Virus record (IMG/VR): IMGVR_UViG_3300029448_008119
Coordinates: 28,313-92,312 of that record
DNA from: a virus
Length of the DNA stretch: 64,000 bases
Direction: 5' to 3' (one strand)
Each line of letters begins with the position of its first letter. The stretch's first letter is position 1. Below are positions 28,569-37,712 of this stretch, piece after piece. Under the pieces are notes generated by a model. The model was not told the origin of the DNA. It saw only the letters and a program-made list of their open reading frames with translations, and searched no databases. The position numbers and the translations under genes were made by a program.

Positions 28569-28757
28569 ATGACTGGTCACTTTGCCACTGGTTCCACATT
28601 ATACCAAGAATTTTTGGCGGAAAGAGAAGAGATCTTAAAACATAAATGGATTGAGTCAGAAAAAGCTGGCAAAGACATAGGATTTGAAAGGGCTTTATTA
28701 ACTTGGGTAACTGGATACCGAGTTGAGTGGAAAAAAGACCGAGGCAGTTTAAAATAA
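28569..28757 (+). CDS. DUF4032-like small protein
   Basis: LYQEFLAEREEILKHKWIESEKAGKDIGFERALLTW, recalled as a small protein common in Verrucomicrobiota. Confidence 0.7.
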   Translation: MTGHFATGSTLYQEFLAEREEILKHKWIESEKAGKDIGFERALLTWVTGYRVEWKKDRGSLK

Positions 28758-28763
28758 ATCCTA

Positions 28764-29021
28764 ATGGAACAATTCTTAGGTTTGGTATATACAATATGCT
28801 TTAGTACTTGCATTTGGCCGCAAATAATTAAAAGCGTAAAAACAAAAAAAGTAGAAGATGTTAGCATCTCTCTCTTTATTCTTTCTATTGTCGGATACGT
28901 GTCCGCTATATCTTACACTATACTAAGGGTAGGCTTTGATTTTTGGTGGTTGATAAATTATTGTTTGAGCTTATTATCAGCTATAATCATGGTTATACTA
29001 TGGTTTAGATATAAGAAATGA
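28764..29021 (+). CDS. SemiSWEET / PQ-loop three-helix transporter
   Basis: 85 aa, three hydrophobic helices, WPQIIKSVKTKKVEDVS PQ-loop motif. Confidence 0.85.
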   Translation: MEQFLGLVYTICFSTCIWPQIIKSVKTKKVEDVSISLFILSIVGYVSAISYTILRVGFDFWWLINYCLSLLSAIIMVILWFRYKK

Positions 29022-30106
29022 AAATACCAATTTATAAACCCTGGATAACTAAAACAGAAAAAAATATACTGCAAGATGCCATAGACTCAGGGTGGTTTTC
29101 TTCTATTGGTAAATATATAAATTTATTTGAAGATAAATTTAGTGAATTTATTGAATGCAAATATTCTGTAGCATTGAATAACGGTACCTCTGCTTGTCAT
29201 TTATCTTTATTGAGTAGTGGTATTAAAAGCGGAGACGAGGTCATAGTACCAGCATCAACTTTTATTGCTTGTCCAAATTCAGTTAAATATTGCGGCGCAG
29301 TACCCGTAATTGCTGATGTAGATAAAGATACTTGGAACATATCTCTTAATGAAATAAAAAAGAAAAAAACAGAAAAAACAAAAGCTGTTTTTCTGGTTCA
29401 TATGCTTGGTAACCCCTGTGATCAAGAAATATATGACTGGTGTGAAGAAAACAATATTCTATGTATAGAAGATGCTTGTGAATCTATAGGAGCCTCTTTG
29501 AATGAAAAAAAAACTGGTACCCTAGGTAGCTGTGGGGCGTTTAGCTTTTTTGGCAATAAAAATCTTACAACAGGAGAGGGCGGAATGTTGACAACTAACG
29601 ACAAAACAATCTTTCAAAAAGCCAAGTATTTAAGGGGCCAAGCCCAAGACTCAACATATCGTCACGGAGACATAGGGTACAATTACAGAATGACGAATAT
29701 ACAAGCAGCTTTGGGCTATAGTCAAATGTTGAGGATTCAAGAAATTATGTCCGAAAAAGATAGAGTCTTTAATTGTTATAAAAAAAATCTAGAATCTCTT
29801 GTTGGTCAGGATTCATTTAAAATTCAAAAAACTACTGAAAATTCAAAACACGCCAATTGGATGTTTGCTATATATTCCAAGAAAAAAGATAATATTAAAA
29901 ATGTTTTAAATAAAAATGGAGTAGACACAAGGCCAATGTTCTACCCCGTAAACTCCATGAATCCTTATCTGTCTGAGGAGGTTCATCGCGTAGCTGGTGA
30001 TTTAAGCTCTAGGGTAATTATGCTTCCGTCATATCCTGAATTAAAAGATAGCCAGATTGAGAAAATATGCGAATTAGTAAAGGATTCTAATGGAAAAAAT
30101 ATCTAA
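29018..30106 (+). CDS. DegT/DnrJ/EryC1/StrS PLP sugar aminotransferase, perosamine synthase-like
   Basis: NNGTSACHL, IEDACESIG, FSFFGNKNLTTGEGGM, GYNYRMTNIQAA, LPSYP. Confidence 0.92.
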   Translation: MKIPIYKPWITKTEKNILQDAIDSGWFSSIGKYINLFEDKFSEFIECKYSVALNNGTSACHLSLLSSGIKSGDEVIVPASTFIACPNSVKYCGAVPVIADVDKDTWNISLNEIKKKKTEKTKAVFLVHMLGNPCDQEIYDWCEENNILCIEDACESIGASLNEKKTGTLGSCGAFSFFGNKNLTTGEGGMLTTNDKTIFQKAKYLRGQAQDSTYRHGDIGYNYRMTNIQAALGYSQMLRIQEIMSEKDRVFNCYKKNLESLVGQDSFKIQKTTENSKHANWMFAIYSKKKDNIKNVLNKNGVDTRPMFYPVNSMNPYLSEEVHRVAGDLSSRVIMLPSYPELKDSQIEKICELVKDSNGKNI

Positions 30107-30758
30107 AACACTAATTAACAATTATGTCTTAGATTTGGACGGTATACACATCTTAGAATGTGGCGCTTATGATGGCTCAGAAACAAAAAGCCTTAGAGGT
30201 AAGCATAACTGTTGGTATTTAGAGCCCGACAAAGACTTATTTAATAAGTTAAACCTAGATACAGATAATTGTCTAAACTTAGCTTTATCAGATAAAGACG
30301 GTGAAGCTGAACTTAAGGTAACTAACATTCCTGGTAATTCTAGCATAGGTCATAACGCCAAACATCTTGAAGATATAAGAATAGTTGATACAGTAAAGAT
30401 TAATACAATATCATATAAGACTCTCCTTGATAAACTCCAGATAAAAAAAATCAACATTCTTATATTAGATGTCGAAGGCCATGAAGATATTATATTAAAT
30501 AATATTTTTTCAAGTTTAGATCAGGATAGTTGGCCAGACGTATTATGCGTTGAGTGTGGATATGATTGGAAGTCCAGGCAAAAAATTATTCTAGATGCTG
30601 GATATAGTCAGGATTTTTACTCTTACAACAATTGTTTTTTTAGTAATGGAAAACTTCAAATAAATAAAGAGTCCGTGAAAAAAACAAATTTAAACAACCA
30701 GAATTTTATTTTTCAAAAAAAATTAATTTATGAAAATGATTGTCAGGAATATAAATAA
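30090..30758 (+). CDS. FkbM-family SAM methyltransferase
   Basis: LECGAYDG, LEP, NLALSD, LILDVEGHE, VLCVE. Confidence 0.85.
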   Translation: MEKISKTLINNYVLDLDGIHILECGAYDGSETKSLRGKHNCWYLEPDKDLFNKLNLDTDNCLNLALSDKDGEAELKVTNIPGNSSIGHNAKHLEDIRIVDTVKINTISYKTLLDKLQIKKINILILDVEGHEDIILNNIFSSLDQDSWPDVLCVECGYDWKSRQKIILDAGYSQDFYSYNNCFFSNGKLQINKESVKKTNLNNQNFIFQKKLIYENDCQEYK

Positions 30759-31155
30759 ACAAAATAAAGATTTAAAAATCTTTGTGGATAATTTATCAAT
30801 ATCATCTGATACTTTTACTTATTTTAAATCAAGATGTTTCGACGCATTAGATAATCACACACTTACAGCCTTGGGTTATGTTAAGAACAGTCCAGTAGCT
30901 TATGGCCATTTAGACAAGGATGGCGATACTGTTTGGTTGGGTATTTGTGTCGTAGGCTCGGAAGTTGGTAAGGGTTACGGAAAGAAAATGATGGAGTACT
31001 TAACTGAATATGCCGATAAAAATAAAATAAATTTAAAATTATCAGTGCATAGATTTAATATACAAGCAGTAAACCTATACAAAAAATTTAATTTTATAAA
31101 AACATCAGAGTCTGATAAAAGTTTTTATTTTACCAGGCCTTATTTAAACAATTAA
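30730..31155 (+). CDS. GNAT N-acetyltransferase
   Basis: WLGICV...GKGYGKKMM acetyl-CoA motif; N..AVNLYKKFNF. Confidence 0.88.
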   Translation: MKMIVRNINKQNKDLKIFVDNLSISSDTFTYFKSRCFDALDNHTLTALGYVKNSPVAYGHLDKDGDTVWLGICVVGSEVGKGYGKKMMEYLTEYADKNKINLKLSVHRFNIQAVNLYKKFNFIKTSESDKSFYFTRPYLNN

Positions 31156-31164
31156 TCACACAAT

Positions 31165-31980
31165 ATGAAAAATATAGCAGTATGTTCTCTTTTCAAGGAT
31201 TCCGTCTCTTGGCACGGAATTCAAACAGATCAAGTTAATAAGTTTTTTGAAACCATGGACACGCAAAAACAGAATTTAAGCGAAAACTTTGATATATCTA
31301 TAAGTGTTTTAGAAAACAATTCTGCCGACGATACAGAAAAACACATTAGAGCTAATCAAAAAAAATACGAGAATGTTCATTTTTTAAAATTAAGTGATAG
31401 TTTAAACCTAGGGGAAGTAAGGTCTGTCTCATCCTCAGAAAGAATTAATGCTCTCGGTTTTTTGGCTAATTTGCTTTTTTCTTTTGCCAAGAATTTTAAT
31501 TCAGAGTATATTTTATGGACAGAGTCAGATTTAATTTTTCCACAAAAAGATACAATAAATCAGTTGGTTGAAAAAATGGAATCTGATAAAAGCATTTCGG
31601 CAATTTCCCCAGTTATATTTTTTGATGCCGATATGTCGGAAAACGGCAACTTCAAATGTGACAGTAATGGCAAACTTTCAAAGGGCTATAAATATTTTTA
31701 TGACACATGGGCATATGAAAACAAAAACACTTCTACCTGGACAAACAACCCCCCATACAATATAGAATATGCGCTCACAAAAGAAAGATATATTGAAATG
31801 AATGCTGTTGGCTCCTCTTGTCTGTTTAGGACCGCTGATGTTAAAGATATAAGTTTTGATGATCAAGCCTTCAAAGGAATATGTTCTAAAATTATTTCAA
31901 ATGGTGGTAAAATATTTTTAGATAAAGAACTAGAAATATTACATCCAACAAATTACTATATGAAACAAAGACTTATTTAA
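31165..31980 (+). CDS. Glycosyltransferase, GT-A fold (GT2/Anp1-like)
   Basis: VLENNSADDT, YILWTESDL (DxD-like), FYDTWAY, EMNAVGSSCL, C-terminal ILHP. Confidence 0.72.
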   Translation: MKNIAVCSLFKDSVSWHGIQTDQVNKFFETMDTQKQNLSENFDISISVLENNSADDTEKHIRANQKKYENVHFLKLSDSLNLGEVRSVSSSERINALGFLANLLFSFAKNFNSEYILWTESDLIFPQKDTINQLVEKMESDKSISAISPVIFFDADMSENGNFKCDSNGKLSKGYKYFYDTWAYENKNTSTWTNNPPYNIEYALTKERYIEMNAVGSSCLFRTADVKDISFDDQAFKGICSKIISNGGKIFLDKELEILHPTNYYMKQRLI

Positions 31981-31981
31981 T

Positions 31982-33028
31982 ATGAAAAAAGTAATAATTA
32001 CAGGAGTAACGGGTCAAGTTGGATCCTATATGGTTGACTATCTTTTAGCAAATACTGATTATAAAATCTACGGGGCAATTCGTAGACTCAGTGTTCCAAA
32101 TCATAGAAACATTGAACATGTTGACTCAGACAGGTTTGAATTTATCGAAATGGACTTGGGTGATGAGCATAGCATTTTTGCTATAATTCAAGACATTAAA
32201 CCAGATTATTTTATAAATTTTGCAGCTAATTCTTTTGTTGGCGGCAGTTGGCACATGCCAGTTAATCATTTTGATACGAACGCTCTTGGTGTCATGCGAC
32301 AGCTTGAAGCTATTCGTAAAATTTGTCCAAAGTGTCGTTATTATAACGCAGGATCTTCAGAAGAATTTGGCGATGTAGCATATAGCCCACAAGACTTAAA
32401 CCACCCGCCAAGACCAAGAAGCCCATATGGAGCATCTAAAGTTGCCGCTAGGCAGATAGTTAAGGTTTGGAGAGATTCTTATAACTTATTTGCAATCCAA
32501 GGTTATCTTTTTAATCATGAATCAGAACGTCGTGGTGAAGAATTTGTAACTCGAAAAATAACAAAAAATGTAGCACGAATCGCGAAATCTATACAACAAG
32601 GAAATGACGATTTTGAACCTCTCGAACTTGGTAATGTAGACGCTAAGAGAGACTGGAGTCATGCAGAAGACTTTGTAGAAGCGGTTTGGCTAATGTTAAA
32701 CGAAGAAAGCCCGAAGGATTATCTACTTGCTTCTGGAGAAACTCACAGCGTTAGAGAGTTTGTTGAGCTTGCTTTTGATAATGCTGGCTTAGAAGGTTAT
32801 TGGTCTGGCGAAGGAGTTGATGAAGTTTACAAACTAAGAGGAGAAGTCCTCGCAGATATTACTCTAATGAAAGTAAATCCTAATTTTTATCGCCCAGCAG
32901 AGGTTGATTTGCTTCTTGGAGACCCTTCTGAGGCAGAAAAAGAATTAGGCTGGAAGAAAAAGGTTGACTTTAAATCATTGGTATGCAGAATGTGCGAACA
33001 TGACTTTAAAGAAATTAACGCCACATAG
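31982..33028 (+). CDS. gmd: GDP-mannose 4,6-dehydratase
   Basis: ITGVTGQVGSY, PRSPYGASK, FNHESERRGEEFVTRKIT, GNVDAKRDW, RPAEVDLLLGD. Confidence 0.95.
   Translation: MKKVIITGVTGQVGSYMVDYLLANTDYKIYGAIRRLSVPNHRNIEHVDSDRFEFIEMDLGDEHSIFAIIQDIKPDYFINFAANSFVGGSWHMPVNHFDTNALGVMRQLEAIRKICPKCRYYNAGSSEEFGDVAYSPQDLNHPPRPRSPYGASKVAARQIVKVWRDSYNLFAIQGYLFNHESERRGEEFVTRKITKNVARIAKSIQQGNDDFEPLELGNVDAKRDWSHAEDFVEAVWLMLNEESPKDYLLASGETHSVREFVELAFDNAGLEGYWSGEGVDEVYKLRGEVLADITLMKVNPNFYRPAEVDLLLGDPSEAEKELGWKKKVDFKSLVCRMCEHDFKEINAT
32964..32991 (+). promoter_or_regulatory. Promoter-like TTGACT-N16-CAGAAT inside gmd
   Basis: 8 nt before ATG 33000; marks the start of the replication block. Confidence 0.45.
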
Positions 33029-33356
33029 AAGGCGACAGCTAGCAATCCAAAAGCTAATCGAAGTCCCTAAAACCCAAAAAAGATTGTTTTGGGCTAGGGA
33101 AATGAAGCTATTGAAAGATCTAGAAGCTAGATATTCTCTAGACTTTTTGGAAATTGTTACTTTTCCAAAGAAATACGACAGCTTAGCTTACTTAGTATCT
33201 AAAGAACTTAAATCGACAATGGATAGAAAATGGCGCAATTTTAACTTTAAAGTTGACTTATCTAAGTATGAGACTATTGTTTTAGGAGAAAAAACTGGAA
33301 AAGATTATATTCCCAGTGATAATAAACCAAAAAATACAAAAGATTTATTTAAATGA
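33000..33356 (+). CDS. Hypothetical basic protein
   Basis: ATG 33000 preferred to TTG 32964; ATGA overlap with recA. Confidence 0.6.
   Translation: MTLKKLTPHRRRQLAIQKLIEVPKTQKRLFWAREMKLLKDLEARYSLDFLEIVTFPKKYDSLAYLVSKELKSTMDRKWRNFNFKVDLSKYETIVLGEKTGKDYIPSDNKPKNTKDLFK
33253..33280 (+). promoter_or_regulatory. Promoter-like TTGACT-N16-TATTGT upstream of recA
   Basis: Matches the recurrent class; embedded in coding sequence. Confidence 0.4.
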
Positions 33357-34465
33357 GCGATAAAGATTCAGAAATATTAGAAAAGTTTCTTAAAGACAAA
33401 AAGGGACAGCATTATAACTTCGAAGAGTCGATTGATTACAAGGCATCAAGCGGATCTCTCCAACTAGACCTAAACCTTAACGGTGGCTTTGGGCCAGGAT
33501 TACACAGGTTTGTAGGTATGAATGAGGGCGGTAAAACTTCAGCAGCTCTCGAGGTTATGAAAAATATGTTAAATACACAGGAACAAGGCAAAGGTTTCTA
33601 CATTAAGGCAGAAGGTCGTCTTTCAAATGAGATGGTGGCTCGTTCTGGAGTCAAGTTTGTGTATGATGCAAAAGACTGGGTTGCAGGCACCTGCTTCGTT
33701 TTTGAAAGCAATATTTATGAGGTTGTAGTTGATGCAATCAAGACCCTAGTCGACCAAAACGAAGATAAGCACCGCTACTGCTTTATATTAGACTCAGTAG
33801 ATGGCCTAATCTCACAGCAAGATATAGATAAATCCTTTTACGATTCCAACAAAGTAGCTGGCGGTGCGGTCATCGCAGCCAACTTTATGAAGAGAATGTC
33901 TATCTCTCTTGCAAAAAGGGGTCATATGGCCATCTTCATTAGCCAGGTGAGGGCAGACATCAAACTAGACCCCTACTCCAAAGCTCCGATACGTCAGACG
34001 TCAGCAACGGGTGGTAACGCACTTTTGCACTTTGCTAACTATATCATCGAGTTTGAGCCTAGATTCAAGTCTGATATGATTTTACAAGACCCAGCAAAAA
34101 AGCAACCAGATCCCAAAACCAATCCAATTATTGGCCACTGGGCAAAAGCTACCATTAAGAAGTCCCCAAATGAGAAGACAAATAACACAATTCCCTACCC
34201 CATTAGATACGGTAGGACTGGAGGCAAGTCCGTTTGGGTAGAGAAGGAGCTTGTCGACTTATTATACATGTGGGAGTTTGTCACCAAAAAGGGCGCTTGG
34301 ATCACTATTGGAGAAGAGCTAAAAGAGCTTGTACAGGATGTTGTACAAGATTTACCAGAAAAAGTCCAAGGAGAAGCTAATTTATTTAAGATGGTGGAAG
34401 AAAACGAAGAGCTTTCTAAGTTTTTAATTAATTATTTTAAATCTAATATTGGCGAATTAGTTTGA
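33353..34465 (+). CDS. recA: RecA/UvsX-like recombinase
   Basis: SSGSLQLD..LNGG, Walker A GMNEGGKT, FILDSVD, FISQVR, TGGNALLHFA, KKGAW. Confidence 0.9.
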   Translation: MSDKDSEILEKFLKDKKGQHYNFEESIDYKASSGSLQLDLNLNGGFGPGLHRFVGMNEGGKTSAALEVMKNMLNTQEQGKGFYIKAEGRLSNEMVARSGVKFVYDAKDWVAGTCFVFESNIYEVVVDAIKTLVDQNEDKHRYCFILDSVDGLISQQDIDKSFYDSNKVAGGAVIAANFMKRMSISLAKRGHMAIFISQVRADIKLDPYSKAPIRQTSATGGNALLHFANYIIEFEPRFKSDMILQDPAKKQPDPKTNPIIGHWAKATIKKSPNEKTNNTIPYPIRYGRTGGKSVWVEKELVDLLYMWEFVTKKGAWITIGEELKELVQDVVQDLPEKVQGEANLFKMVEENEELSKFLINYFKSNIGELV

Positions 34466-34863
34466 AATTTTTAACCTTATATGGCAAAGAGAAGCCGCTT
34501 AGGAATCCACATAAGTACAAAATTAAGTGGAATGGCAAATGTCGTAGTAAATTTCAAGCAGAAGTAAGAAAATACTTATATAAGTATTGGAAATATGATG
34601 CCGTATACGAGGAATTTAGGGTTATAGGAACCCAATTATCCTTAGATTTCTACAATCATAACAGAAAAATAGCTATTGAAGTACAAGGGGCCCAACATTT
34701 ACGGTTTGTAAAACATTTTCATAAGACAAGGGCTAATTTTGTTCGTCAAATACGCAGAGACAATAAAAAAATAGAGTTCTGCGAGATGAATGACATAAAA
34801 TTAATAGAAATTTATCCAGACGACGAATTATCAGAAGATTTTTTCGCAAACCTTTTGGGGTAG
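34462..34863 (+). CDS. Vsr/DUF559-like endonuclease
   Basis: LDFY...IAIEVQGAQH...RDNKK..FCEMNDIKLIEI. Confidence 0.8.
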   Translation: MKFLTLYGKEKPLRNPHKYKIKWNGKCRSKFQAEVRKYLYKYWKYDAVYEEFRVIGTQLSLDFYNHNRKIAIEVQGAQHLRFVKHFHKTRANFVRQIRRDNKKIEFCEMNDIKLIEIYPDDELSEDFFANLLG

Positions 34864-34868
34864 TGTAA
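34863..34868 (+). promoter_or_regulatory. GTGTAA putative late promoter element
   Basis: 10 nt before ATG 34879. Confidence 0.6.
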
Positions 34869-34878
34869 AACAGTACAG

Positions 34879-35127
34879 ATGGAATCTAAACCTAAATTTA
34901 AAAATTTTGAGTTGCCCCCCAAAATTCTAACGCAATTATATGAACTTACAGGTGGAGCAGAGTCCTACAAGGGGTTTATAATAGCGTACTGCAATGAAGA
35001 GGGGACTCCAGTCGTTTATACAAACTGTGAATCCCAAATTACGGAATCTGGCTTAATAAAGTCCTTAGAGAATTATTTAGAAGAGTACACTCAAAATAGT
35101 TACGAAGTAGGCCAAGAGTCAGAATAA
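34879..35127 (+). CDS. Small acidic hypothetical protein
   Basis: 82-aa ORF with its own GTGTAA element. Confidence 0.65.
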   Translation: MESKPKFKNFELPPKILTQLYELTGGAESYKGFIIAYCNEEGTPVVYTNCESQITESGLIKSLENYLEEYTQNSYEVGQESE

Positions 35128-35130
35128 TGC

Positions 35131-35158
35131 TTGACAAGTTATTTGTTTTATGTAGTAT
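35131..35158 (+). promoter_or_regulatory. Promoter TTGACA-N16-TAGTAT for dnaB
   Basis: Intergenic, 9 nt before ATG 35168. Confidence 0.65.
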
Positions 35159-35167
35159 GGACTACAT

Positions 35168-36682
35168 ATGATATATAGTCTTGAAATTGAAAAGCAGGTT
35201 TTGGCCGCTTTTATACAGAAACCAAATACACTTATAAACTTTATGCATCTGATTGGTGAGTCAGATTTCTATGATGGTTCGCTGCTGCACAAAACAATTT
35301 TTGCAGTCATAAAAAGAGCTTGCCAGAAAGACGAGAATATCGATGATATAGTATTGGTCCAAAGAATCAAAGACTTAGGAATAAAGTTTGAAGAGGATAT
35401 TTCTTTAGTTGACTATGTAAGATCCCTTTCAATGAGAAGGATAAACTCAGAAGAAAAAATTGAGTCATCAATTAAAGAGCTTAAAAAATACAGCGTTCGC
35501 AGAGAGATTACAAAGACGGCTAACAATATTGCTGAATCAATGAAGAGCGTATCTACAGATACTTCTTATTTAAAGATTATTGAAAATGCTGATCAGATAT
35601 ATAATGATAAGATCAATTTATTTGAAGTTGGCGACGATGTTCCATCAAATATTTACGAGGAAATGGAAGATTTCATTGAGGATCGTGGCAATAACCCAAT
35701 CGACGAGTTTGGCATGATGGGCCCGCACCCAAAAATTAATGAAATATACGGGTCTCTTTTACGTCCAGGAAATATCACGGTTATAGTTGCGCGTTCTGGC
35801 GTAGGTAAGACGCAGTTTTGCATGCATTATGCTACTCAAGTTTCATCCAAGTATGATGTCCCAGTTTTACACTTCGATAACGGAGAGATGAGTAAGGAAG
35901 AATTAATTATTCGACAATGCGCTTCTATCTCTGGAGTCCCATCACACTTATTAGAAAGCGGCAAGTGGAGACAGGCTGGTCCAGAGGTTGTGTCTAAAGT
36001 TCGTTCCGTTTGGAGTAAGGTTAAAAAACTTCAGTTTTATTACTACAATGTCGGTGGTATGGATGTTGACTCTATGATTAATACGTTAAAACGTTTTTAT
36101 TATTCAAAGGTCGGTCGAGGGAACAAGATGGTATTTTCTTTTGACTATATTAAAACATCTTCAGAAAACGGCGGAAATAAAAGCGAATGGCAAACAGTTG
36201 GAGAAATGGTTGATAAGTTCAAGAAGTGTATCCAAAAAGAAATACTAGAAGAAGGTAATCCAGTAATTCCAATGATCACATCAGTACAGTCGAATCGAAG
36301 CGGGATTACAACCAATCGTCAGAGTGCAAATATTATAGATGACGAATCTATTGTTTCACTCTCTGACCGAATAACTCAGTTTTGTTCTCATATGTTTATC
36401 TTGCGCCAGAAAACAAACGACGAGGTTGCAGAAGAGGGTAATCAGTTTGGCACACATAAACTTATAAATGTAAAGTCTAGACACCTAGGTAAAGACATCG
36501 CAGGTGCAGTTGAGCCAGTCCAAGTTGACGACAATCTTCGTAAGAATTTTATTAATCTATCTTTTAGAAACTTTAACATCACAGAGTGTGGAGACTTACG
36601 AGACATCGTAAACTTTAGAAATACTGGAGGAGATTTAAACGAATCTTCTTCTAATGAAATCCCTTCTTTTGATGACCTATAG
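35168..36682 (+). CDS. dnaB: Replicative DnaB-like helicase
   Basis: N-terminal EKQVLAA domain, Walker A ARSGVGKT, NGEM, FDYI, SVQSNR. Confidence 0.93.
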   Translation: MIYSLEIEKQVLAAFIQKPNTLINFMHLIGESDFYDGSLLHKTIFAVIKRACQKDENIDDIVLVQRIKDLGIKFEEDISLVDYVRSLSMRRINSEEKIESSIKELKKYSVRREITKTANNIAESMKSVSTDTSYLKIIENADQIYNDKINLFEVGDDVPSNIYEEMEDFIEDRGNNPIDEFGMMGPHPKINEIYGSLLRPGNITVIVARSGVGKTQFCMHYATQVSSKYDVPVLHFDNGEMSKEELIIRQCASISGVPSHLLESGKWRQAGPEVVSKVRSVWSKVKKLQFYYYNVGGMDVDSMINTLKRFYYSKVGRGNKMVFSFDYIKTSSENGGNKSEWQTVGEMVDKFKKCIQKEILEEGNPVIPMITSVQSNRSGITTNRQSANIIDDESIVSLSDRITQFCSHMFILRQKTNDEVAEEGNQFGTHKLINVKSRHLGKDIAGAVEPVQVDDNLRKNFINLSFRNFNITECGDLRDIVNFRNTGGDLNESSSNEIPSFDDL

Positions 36683-37712
36683 AGAATCATTAGATAAATT
36701 AGGATACCCTCTTCAAGATTGTGGAAGCCATTGGAGAACTCGTGCTATATATAGAAATGGAAAAACAAATACTTCTGTTATTATCTATAAAGACAGTGGC
36801 GTTTGGAAAGATTTTGGCACAGACGGTCAAGCCAAACCCTTTTCTGCTTTAGTGCAGGAAACACTAAATACAAATGACCCCAAGACGCTTAAAGAATATT
36901 TGATCGATGGCTCAGATCAACAATATAAACCCAAACTCAAAGAAGATAAAATAGAAATGGAAAAAATATATCCCGAATCCTATCTAGATAAACTTTTGCC
37001 AATGAAGACCTTCTATGAAAAAAGAGGCATCTCTTCTAAAATCCAAGATAAATTTAAATGTGGTTATGCTGGTGGCGGTAAAATGTATCGTAGAATTGTT
37101 TTTCCTATTTATGATTTAGATAATCAAATACATGGTTTTTCTGGTCGCAGTATTACAGATGGCGACAATATCCCCAAGTGGAAACATATGGGTCGCAAAA
37201 CTAATTGGATTTACCCTCATCATCTTTCGCATAAAAGCATAGAAGAAAAAGAAGAAGTAATACTGGTAGAAAGTATTGGAGACTGCATGGCTCTTTACGA
37301 AGCTGGACACAGCAATGTGTTAATGCTAGCTGGGCTAGACATTTCTGCTAAGATGATTTCCTATCTCAATACATTTGACTTAAAAAGAATTATTATCGCT
37401 ACAAATAACGACAATAACAAAGATGTAAACACTGGAGCATTAGCCTCTATCAAAATTGCATCCAAGCTGTCAACTGTTTTTGATTTACCTTTAATAAAGA
37501 TCAATCCTCCTATTTGTAATGACTTTGGTGAAATGCTAGAGCGTGATACAGGAATGCTAGAGAATTTTAGACAATGGCATGAACGCAAAGACAAGTGGGG
37601 CTTAGGAAAAGATTCTTTCCAAAAGTATATTGTTAAACAAATCAATAAATACGAGCAATTGAAAAAAAATGGTCATTGCAAAAAATTAATTAAAATTTTA
37701 AATGGAAGTTAA
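36672..37712 (+). CDS. dnaG: DNA primase (TOPRIM), degenerate zinc-binding domain
   Basis: RIVFPIYD...GFSGR...PKW, VILVESIGD, IIATNND, NDFGE. Confidence 0.9.
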   Translation: MTYRESLDKLGYPLQDCGSHWRTRAIYRNGKTNTSVIIYKDSGVWKDFGTDGQAKPFSALVQETLNTNDPKTLKEYLIDGSDQQYKPKLKEDKIEMEKIYPESYLDKLLPMKTFYEKRGISSKIQDKFKCGYAGGGKMYRRIVFPIYDLDNQIHGFSGRSITDGDNIPKWKHMGRKTNWIYPHHLSHKSIEEKEEVILVESIGDCMALYEAGHSNVLMLAGLDISAKMISYLNTFDLKRIIIATNNDNNKDVNTGALASIKIASKLSTVFDLPLIKINPPICNDFGEMLERDTGMLENFRQWHERKDKWGLGKDSFQKYIVKQINKYEQLKKNGHCKKLIKILNGS

